Origin: a virus
Taxonomy: Duplodnaviria; Caudoviricetes
Virus record (IMG/VR): IMGVR_UViG_3300037296_000151
Span: 1 to 59,596 of that record
Reading direction: 5' to 3' (one strand)
DNA: 59,596 bases
Numbering within the stretch: the first letter of the stretch is position 1; each line of letters starts with the position of its first letter. The position numbers were made by a program, and so were the translations under genes. The notes under the pieces were generated by a model that was not told the DNA's origin, searched no databases, and saw nothing but the letters and a program-made list of their open reading frames with translations. Below, in pieces: positions 53,365-59,596 of this stretch.

Positions 53365-53804
53365 CCCACGGAAACACCCAACCCGTTCTCGATCTATCAA
53401 AACGCGCATGGCAGAAAAGCTATGGCGATGTGACCGTCATTGGCACATGGACCTTGGGCAACCGCCGCCCGACGCTGGCTCTGGTGCCGACACGGCCCAA
53501 GCCGACGCATGACCGGGTTATCCCCTGCCTTGTGCCGATCGACCTCGCCTTTGCGTGGGACGAGCACACAGGCGATCCCGGCCATGCCGCGCAAATGTCC
53601 ATGCAGTTCGCCGCAGCCCTTGGCCTGAACCCCGTCGAGCCGCGCAACGTCGTCAAGGTGACGATGATCGTGCGCGAGCACCTGGGCGACCTTCTGATGA
53701 TGCCTTCAATGCCTGAAACCGAGCGCGAAATCGTTGCTGACGTGCTCCTGACCGACACCAACACCGGGAAAACCCGCGAGCAGGAGATTATGGACGATGT
53801 TTGA
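53361..53804 (+). CDS. Hypothetical protein between terL and portal, 147 aa
   Basis: AGGAGG SD; ATGA coupling. Confidence 0.75.
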   Translation: MTHGNTQPVLDLSKRAWQKSYGDVTVIGTWTLGNRRPTLALVPTRPKPTHDRVIPCLVPIDLAFAWDEHTGDPGHAAQMSMQFAAALGLNPVEPRNVVKVTMIVREHLGDLLMMPSMPETEREIVADVLLTDTNTGKTREQEIMDDV

Positions 53805-56118
53805 GAACGATACCGGAGACGACCCAGCCAAGCGCGGCCAAGTCTCTTTCAACAAAGCGACCTCGATGGACCCGCTTGACCGCTACGACTTCGGCAAGCC
53901 GATCACCAAGAAGGTTGCGCGCAACGATCTTGATGCTGACGAGGCGCAGGCCATCTGGCGCCGACTAACGGGCCACTACCGCCGCGAGCTTGAACGCCAG
54001 AGCGAGAACCGGATGCAAATGGCGATGGATGCCGACTTCTACGACGGTATCCAGTGGAGCGAAGAGGACGCGCAGTACCTCTTGGACCGCAGCCAGCAAC
54101 CCTTGGTCTATAACGTCATTGCGACCACGATTAACTGGCTGCTTGGCACCGAAAAGCGCGGGCGCACTGACTACAAAATCCTGCCCCGGCACGACGAGGG
54201 CAGCAAGAGCGCCGAGCGCAAGTCTCAGTTGCTCAAGTACCTCGCAGACGTGAACCGCTCCGAGTTCGCTATCTCTGCCGCCTTCGCTGATTGCGTGAAG
54301 GTGGGCGTGGGCTGGCTGGAATGTGGCGTTCAAGAGGACGACGAGGGCGAGCCGATCTACGACCGGCGCGAAAGCTGGCGCAATATCCTCTTCGACAGCA
54401 TGGCCGAGGAAATGGATACCTCCGATGGCCGCTACCAGTTCCGCACCAAATGGACTGACATGGACATCGCCAAGAGCATGTTCCCCGAGCGGCGCGCGAT
54501 CCTCGATCTGGCGGCCTCGACCTCCTTTGACCTAATGCGCAGCCTCGATGGCGATGGCGACGACGCCATGGACGCCGCCGAAAACGCCGCGGCGCAGACC
54601 TCCTTGCACGGCTCCCTCGATGATGTCGTGGCCGAGCGCGAGCGCGTGCGCTTGATCGAGGCATGGTTCCGCGTGCCCACCGAAAGCCGCTTTGTGCGTG
54701 GGGGGCAGTTCTCCGGCGAGTTGTTCGACCCGCGCAGCGAGGGACACCAGCAAGAGGTAATGATGGGCCGCTCTACGGTGGTGCGCAAAGTCCGTATGCG
54801 GATGCACGTCGCCATCTTCTGCGAGGCAGGCTTGCTCTTCCTTGCCAAGTCTCCCTACCGCCACAATGCTTTTCCATTCACCCCGATCTGGGCATACCGC
54901 CGCGACCGCGATGGCCTGCCCTATGGGCCAATCCGCCTCATGCGCGACCCGCAGTCGGACGTGAACAAGCGCGCCTCCAAGGCTCTGCATATCCTCTCTA
55001 GCTCCAAGGTGGTGATGGACGAGGGCGCAGTGCCCGATCTGGACGAGTTTGCCGAAGAGGTAGCGCGCCCCGATGCGATCATTGTCAAACGGCAGGGAAA
55101 AGAGCTTCGCTTTGACATCGACCGCGATCTAGCTGACGCGCACCTCAACCTCATGTCGTCGTCTATTCAGATGATCCAGAGCATGAGCGGGGTCACAGAC
55201 GAGAACCTTGGCCGCACCACCAACGCGACATCAGGCAAGGCGATCATCGCCCGGCAGGATCAAGGCTCACTCGCCACCGCCTCGATCTTCGACAACCTGC
55301 GCTTTGCCCGGCAGGTGCATGGCTCCAAGCAGCTATCGCTGACCGAGCAGTACATGACCGAGGAAAAGCAGTTCCGCATCACCAACATGCGCGGCAACCC
55401 TGAGTTCATCAAAGTGAACGATGGCCTGCCCGAAAACGACATGGTGCGCCACAAGGCCGATTACATCATCAGCGAGGACGATTGGAACGCCACCATGCGC
55501 CAAGCACAGGTGGAGCAGTTGCTCGAAATGATGGGCAGCTTGGGCCAAGTCGCGCCGCAGGTGGTCATGGCGACCCTCGATCTACTGGTCGAAACCATGG
55601 ACGTGCCGCAGCGTGAAGAGCTTGTGAAGCGTATCCGCCAGATCACCGGGCAAGAAGACCCCGACGCCGATCCCAACAACCCCGATCCCGAAACCATCCA
55701 GCGCAACCAAGCCAAGACAGAGCAAGCCGACTTCGAGAAGCGCGCCGCCATGGCCGAGTTGGAGGACAAGGAAGCCAGCGCCGCCTACAAGCGCGCGCAA
55801 ACCGAAAAGATGGGTGCAGAGACAGGCAAGGTCGTGGCCGAGATCCGCAACATTCTCGCCAACACCGCCAACAGCAACGTCGAGACGCAGGTACGCGCAC
55901 TAGAAGCCGCCGCCGCCATCATGGGAGCCAAAGGGCTCGCAGGCGTGGCCGACACAGTGCTCGAAGAGGCTGGTTTTACCTCCGCACCGCGCAAGGGTCT
56001 GCCCATGCCGGGGCAGGGCGTACCAATGCCAGCAGCGCCGCAAGCACCTCCCCAGCAGATCGAGCAGCCCGCAGCGCCGGGCCAGCAGATGATGAACCCA
56101 GAGCCGGGCGGTTACTGA
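53797..56118 (+). CDS. Portal protein, 773 aa
   Basis: DFYDGIQW, MRDPQSDVNKR, SGKAIIARQDQG; position. Confidence 0.9.
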   Translation: MFENDTGDDPAKRGQVSFNKATSMDPLDRYDFGKPITKKVARNDLDADEAQAIWRRLTGHYRRELERQSENRMQMAMDADFYDGIQWSEEDAQYLLDRSQQPLVYNVIATTINWLLGTEKRGRTDYKILPRHDEGSKSAERKSQLLKYLADVNRSEFAISAAFADCVKVGVGWLECGVQEDDEGEPIYDRRESWRNILFDSMAEEMDTSDGRYQFRTKWTDMDIAKSMFPERRAILDLAASTSFDLMRSLDGDGDDAMDAAENAAAQTSLHGSLDDVVAERERVRLIEAWFRVPTESRFVRGGQFSGELFDPRSEGHQQEVMMGRSTVVRKVRMRMHVAIFCEAGLLFLAKSPYRHNAFPFTPIWAYRRDRDGLPYGPIRLMRDPQSDVNKRASKALHILSSSKVVMDEGAVPDLDEFAEEVARPDAIIVKRQGKELRFDIDRDLADAHLNLMSSSIQMIQSMSGVTDENLGRTTNATSGKAIIARQDQGSLATASIFDNLRFARQVHGSKQLSLTEQYMTEEKQFRITNMRGNPEFIKVNDGLPENDMVRHKADYIISEDDWNATMRQAQVEQLLEMMGSLGQVAPQVVMATLDLLVETMDVPQREELVKRIRQITGQEDPDADPNNPDPETIQRNQAKTEQADFEKRAAMAELEDKEASAAYKRAQTEKMGAETGKVVAEIRNILANTANSNVETQVRALEAAAAIMGAKGLAGVADTVLEEAGFTSAPRKGLPMPGQGVPMPAAPQAPPQQIEQPAAPGQQMMNPEPGGY

Positions 56119-56132
56119 CCGCCCGCAACCCC

Positions 56133-56150
56133 TCGCATGAAGTGAAAGGA
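56133..56150 (+). promoter_or_regulatory. CsrA-type hairpin abutting the SD
   Basis: TCGC-ATGAA-GTGA then AAGGA. Confidence 0.6.
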
Positions 56151-56157
56151 CCACCAC

Positions 56158-56739
56158 ATGACCGGAGCCCTCTACGCCCGACGCCCCAACCCGGTAAAGG
56201 CCGTGCAGTGGCGCAAACACGGCGACCACCCCGATGTCACGCCTGCCGTGGATTGGCCCGGCACAGCGTCCGACACCCAAGGGAAAATTCGCATCCCCGG
56301 CCAAGGCATCATGCTTGTGAGCCCCGGCGATTGGATCGTGGACGGGCTCTCTGTCCACAACCCGCACCGCTTAATCATCCCTGCCGGCCGATTTGCGGAA
56401 GACTACCAACCCTACCCAACCAAGGAGAGAACCATGAGTGAACAAGACATCGAGGCAGAGATTGTCGCCAAGGGCAAGACCGCGCCACGCATCACCCCCG
56501 ACATGCTCGACGCAGAGATTGCAGACGAGGATTACCACGTCTTCAAAGGCTCATGCCTGACCATCTGCGTGCTGACGCTGCAAAACGGCTACAGCGTCGT
56601 GGGGCAAAGCGCCTGCGCCGATCCGGCCAACTTCGACGCCGAGATTGGCCGCAAGATTGCCCGCGAGAACGCCCGCAACGCCATCTGGCCGCTCTTGGGG
56701 TTCCGCCTCAAGGACCAACTGGCGCGGGGGGAAAGCTGA
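56158..56739 (+). CDS. Fusion of unknown AVQW/PGDWI domain and N4 Gp49/Sf6 gp66-family domain (internal start at 56434), 193 aa
   Basis: APRITP...LTICVLTLQNGYSVVGQSAC.DPANFDAEIGRKIA...IWPLLGF; internal AAGGAG SD. Confidence 0.8.
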   Translation: MTGALYARRPNPVKAVQWRKHGDHPDVTPAVDWPGTASDTQGKIRIPGQGIMLVSPGDWIVDGLSVHNPHRLIIPAGRFAEDYQPYPTKERTMSEQDIEAEIVAKGKTAPRITPDMLDAEIADEDYHVFKGSCLTICVLTLQNGYSVVGQSACADPANFDAEIGRKIARENARNAIWPLLGFRLKDQLARGES

Positions 56740-57302
56740 TGCCCCGTTTCACCAAGAAGCCCGTCACCATCGAGGCCGTGCAGTGGCACGAGCACGGCGA
56801 CCATCCGGCAGTGAAGGCCGAAATCCTGTCTGCATGGGCAAGCGAGACTGTCGGACCCGACACCCATGGCATGATCGAGACGCTGGAAGGCGATCACTGC
56901 GTTTCCCCCGGAGATTGGATCATCAAGGGCGTGAAGGGCGAGCTATACCCCTGCAAGCCTGACATTTTCGAGGCGACCTATGAGCCCGCCGATGGCATCG
57001 CCGGAAAGAGCATGGGTTTCGGCGGAGCTATCTCTGCGCTGAAAGAAGGCCACCGCGTTGCGCGTGAGGGCTGGAACGGCAAGGGCATGTGGCTCGCGCT
57101 CTCCTGCAACAACACCCGCGAGGTGCCTGCCGAGGGGTTTTGGTCGCCACACAACGCCCAGCACGCCCGCGACAATGGCGGCAGCGCCACGGTCCTGCCC
57201 TCCATCACCATGAAGACAGCCGATGGCTCGATCCTCATGGGCTGGCTTGCCTCGCAAACCGACATGCTGGCCGACGATTGGCACATCGTTGACCAGCAAT
57301 AA
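56739..57302 (+). CDS. Fusion of unknown KKPV/PGDWI domain and DUF2829 (Tad2-like) domain, 187 aa
   Basis: FGGAISALKEGHRVAREGWNGKGMWL...GWLASQTDMLADDW; TGATG coupling. Confidence 0.85.
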   Translation: MPRFTKKPVTIEAVQWHEHGDHPAVKAEILSAWASETVGPDTHGMIETLEGDHCVSPGDWIIKGVKGELYPCKPDIFEATYEPADGIAGKSMGFGGAISALKEGHRVAREGWNGKGMWLALSCNNTREVPAEGFWSPHNAQHARDNGGSATVLPSITMKTADGSILMGWLASQTDMLADDWHIVDQQ

Positions 57303-57309
57303 CACCAAC

Positions 57310-57326
57310 CGCATGACGTGAAAGGA
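57310..57326 (+). promoter_or_regulatory. CsrA-type hairpin abutting the SD
   Basis: CGC-ATGAC-GTG then AAAGGA. Confidence 0.55.
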
Positions 57327-57332
57327 AACCAC

Positions 57333-58211
57333 ATGGCGGAACACGACGACGATCTTCTCACAGAGGAAGAAATGGCAGCACTCGAAGCCGAAGAAGGCGA
57401 AGAGGTGGATGGCTCCGCGTCTCTCGAAGAGGATGCAGAGGCTTGGGCACGCTCCGGCTGGAAAGAACAGGGCATGGCCGCAGCCGACGACGACGAGGAC
57501 GACGAACCCGACGCGCAGCAGGAAGAGCCCGCGCCGCAGGAAGAGCCGAAGGAGCCTGAACAGCCCCGCGTCTCTACGTCCGAGTTGGACAAGCAGTTGT
57601 CCGATCTGCGCAAGCAGGACGACGAATTGCTCGATCAGTACGACGATGGCGACCTCACCCGCGAGGAACTGGCCGCCGCGCGTGCTGAGTTGCAGTCGAA
57701 GGCCGACGACCTGACCTCTTCTAAAGCTCTTGAAATGGCCCGCGCCGAGCAGGAAATGAAGGCGTGGAAAGCCAGCGTGGGCGGATACCTGAAAGAGTAT
57801 CCCGGCCTCAAGGACGACAAGGTGATCGAAGCCTTTGATGCCGAGGTGCGCGCAGTCACGTCGAGCCGGGCCTATGCCAGCATGACCTATGAGCAGCAGT
57901 TGGCACTGGCACACAAGCGTCTCGCGGCGACAGGCGAGGACATCGGCCTCGATGTGCCACCGCTCAAGGGTCGCAAGCAGGCTGACCCAGACCCGAAGCC
58001 GGGCAAGAAGTCAGAGGCCAAGGGCGAGGATCTGGGCGGCGTGCCAAAGACCCTTGCCCGCGTGCCTGCGTCGGATCGCACCGACGAGGATGGCGGCAAG
58101 TATTCGGCGCTACAGAAGATCGTGGACCGAGGCACCCCTGACGAAATCGAGGAAGCCTTGGGCCGCCTCTCGGAAGAAGAGCGCAACCGCTTTTCCTCCA
58201 TGCAAACCTAA
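57333..58211 (+). CDS. Putative capsid scaffolding protein, 292 aa
   Basis: Acidic N-terminus, coiled coil, position before capsid; SD favours ATG 57333. Confidence 0.75.
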   Translation: MAEHDDDLLTEEEMAALEAEEGEEVDGSASLEEDAEAWARSGWKEQGMAAADDDEDDEPDAQQEEPAPQEEPKEPEQPRVSTSELDKQLSDLRKQDDELLDQYDDGDLTREELAAARAELQSKADDLTSSKALEMARAEQEMKAWKASVGGYLKEYPGLKDDKVIEAFDAEVRAVTSSRAYASMTYEQQLALAHKRLAATGEDIGLDVPPLKGRKQADPDPKPGKKSEAKGEDLGGVPKTLARVPASDRTDEDGGKYSALQKIVDRGTPDEIEEALGRLSEEERNRFSSMQT

Positions 58212-58228
58212 GCAGAAGGAAAAAGCCG

Positions 58229-58414
58229 TTGCTGGTTTTGAAGCTCAAAGCATCCGACAGGGTTATGATCGGCTCCACAGTCGTCAATGTCCGTGAAATC
58301 GGCAACGGCAGGGTGCGTCTCGCTATCGACGCACCCACCGATGTTCCGGTGACGAATGAGAGTGCACCATCGGCGCACCGAAAAGAGGGGATTGACAAGC
58401 CCTCTTCCCGTTGA
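58229..58414 (+). CDS. csrA: CsrA/RsmA-like RNA-binding protein, 61 aa
   Basis: MLVL...VMIG...V.V......VRLAIDAP..V.V aligns by eye with CsrA; AAGGA SD, TTG start. Confidence 0.8.
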   Translation: MLVLKLKASDRVMIGSTVVNVREIGNGRVRLAIDAPTDVPVTNESAPSAHRKEGIDKPSSR

Positions 58415-58424
58415 CCCCTACATA

Positions 58425-58491
58425 TGGTATGAAGGGGCATCACTAAGCGCATGATGTGCTTGTGCAGGTAACTTAATAACCCGCATGAGGA
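58425..58491 (+). promoter_or_regulatory. Extended -10 plus CsrA-type hairpin, and a second site on the capsid SD
   Basis: TGgTATGAA at 58425; AAGCGC-ATGAT-GTGCTT 58445-58461; CGCATGAGGA at 58482. Confidence 0.7.
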
Positions 58492-58498
58492 CATCAAA

Positions 58499-59596
58499 AT
58501 GCAGACGATCATCCCGTTTGGCGACGTGAAGGCCCAAAAAAAATGGTCTTCCAACCTCGCCGTCGACACCCTTTCCAAGAGCTACTTCTCGAAGAAGTTC
58601 ATTGGCAAAGGCGACAACAACATCATCGAGCAGAAGACCGAGCTTGAGAGCGACAAGGGCGAGAAAATCTCGTTCGACCTCTCCGTTCAGCTTCGCGGCA
58701 CCCCCACGCAGGGCGATAACCGCGTGAAGGGCAAAGAAGAAAACCTCAAGTTCTACACCGATGAAGTTATCATCGACCAGACACGGAAATCCGTTTCCGC
58801 TGGTGGTCGCATGACCCGCAAGCGTACCGCGCATGATATGCGCGTCGTCGCCAAGAACCGCTTGGGCGACTACTGGTCGAAGTATCTGGACGAGTTGATG
58901 TTCATGTACCTCTCCGGCGCGCGCGGCATGAACGAGGACTACATCGAGCCCGAAGACTTCACAGGTCACGCAGGCAACCCGATGCAGGCACCCGACAGCC
59001 AGCACATCGTTTATGGCGGTGACGCCACCTCCAAGGCCACGCTCGACGCCGCCGACACGCTCAACCGCGATGTCGTGGAAAAGGTTGTGACGCTGGCGAA
59101 GATGATGCGCGCTACCGATCCTGAAACCGCCAACATGGTCCCTGTGACCGTCGAGGGCGAGGATCGCTATGTCATGGTCATGTCGCCATTCCAAGAGCAC
59201 AACCTGCGTACCGACACCGGGGCGACAGGCTGGCTTGAGTTGCAGAAGGCCGCAGCCGCAGCCGAGGGCAACAAGAACAAGATTTTCAAAGGCGGCTTGG
59301 GGATGATTAACAACGTCATTCTCCACTCGCATGAAAGCGTTGTTCGCTTTGACGACTACGGCGCTGGTGGCAACGTCGCCGCAGCCCGCGCCCTGTTTAT
59401 GGGTCGTCAGGCCGGTGTCTGCGCCTATGGCACCACCAAGGGCCAGCGGTTCATGTGGAAGGAAGAAACGGAAGACTACGGCAACGAACCAACCGTTGTC
59501 GCGGGCACCATTGTCGGCGTCAAGAAGACCCGCTTCCGCAACAAGGACTTCGGCGTGATGTCGATCGACACCGCCGCCAAGAAGCCCGGCACCTAA
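58499..59596 (+). CDS. Major capsid protein (N4-gp56/DUF4043 family), 365 aa
   Basis: ISFDLSVQL, GKEENLKFY, RALFMGRQAG, DYGN, KDFGV. Confidence 0.93.
   Translation: MQTIIPFGDVKAQKKWSSNLAVDTLSKSYFSKKFIGKGDNNIIEQKTELESDKGEKISFDLSVQLRGTPTQGDNRVKGKEENLKFYTDEVIIDQTRKSVSAGGRMTRKRTAHDMRVVAKNRLGDYWSKYLDELMFMYLSGARGMNEDYIEPEDFTGHAGNPMQAPDSQHIVYGGDATSKATLDAADTLNRDVVEKVVTLAKMMRATDPETANMVPVTVEGEDRYVMVMSPFQEHNLRTDTGATGWLELQKAAAAAEGNKNKIFKGGLGMINNVILHSHESVVRFDDYGAGGNVAAARALFMGRQAGVCAYGTTKGQRFMWKEETEDYGNEPTVVAGTIVGVKKTRFRNKDFGVMSIDTAAKKPGT
59368..59596. repeat. Terminal direct repeat, right copy
   Basis: Matches 1-229 with a 2-nt difference. Confidence 0.97.

Noticed and set aside
58828-58844. CGCGCAT-GAT-ATGCGCG hairpin inside the capsid gene resembling the leader motif
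   Set aside because: Loop geometry differs and it can be explained by the coding sequence; not counted in the motif family.

Overview
The window is an essentially complete, circularly permuted ~59.4 kb genome of a temperate podophage. Its gene order resembles Bcep22-like phages: N4-gp56-type capsid, podoviral portal and nozzle, and a 5039-aa DarB-like protein. The host is probably an alphaproteobacterium (Rhodobacteraceae-like), inferred from a GapR/DUF2312 gene and the tRNA-Leu(CAA) attP core. Bases 1-229 repeat bases 59368-59596. Order: virion/tail genes (297-10433), putative holins, ejection proteins, DarB-like gene (15948-31067), amidase and spanins, an accessory island with a serine recombinase and a C5 methyltransferase, intact attP, integrase, leftward recombination operon, repressor/Cro, replication genes, a second leftward operon, then terminase, portal, a candidate anti-defence cassette, scaffold, a CsrA-like gene and the major capsid gene. 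Main highlights: (1) a phage CsrA homologue plus a family of covarying GC-A(U/G)GAN-GU RNA hairpins at fixed distance behind late promoters and at ribosome-binding sites; (2) a duplicated unknown domain fused to two immune-signal sponge families; (3) an overprinted gene with its own promoter inside darB; (4) an M.EcoHK31I-like two-frame methyltransferase; (5) a candidate SOS-controlled repressor-mimic antirepressor; (6) several unexplained repeat families. All family assignments are by eye and from memory; no searches were run.
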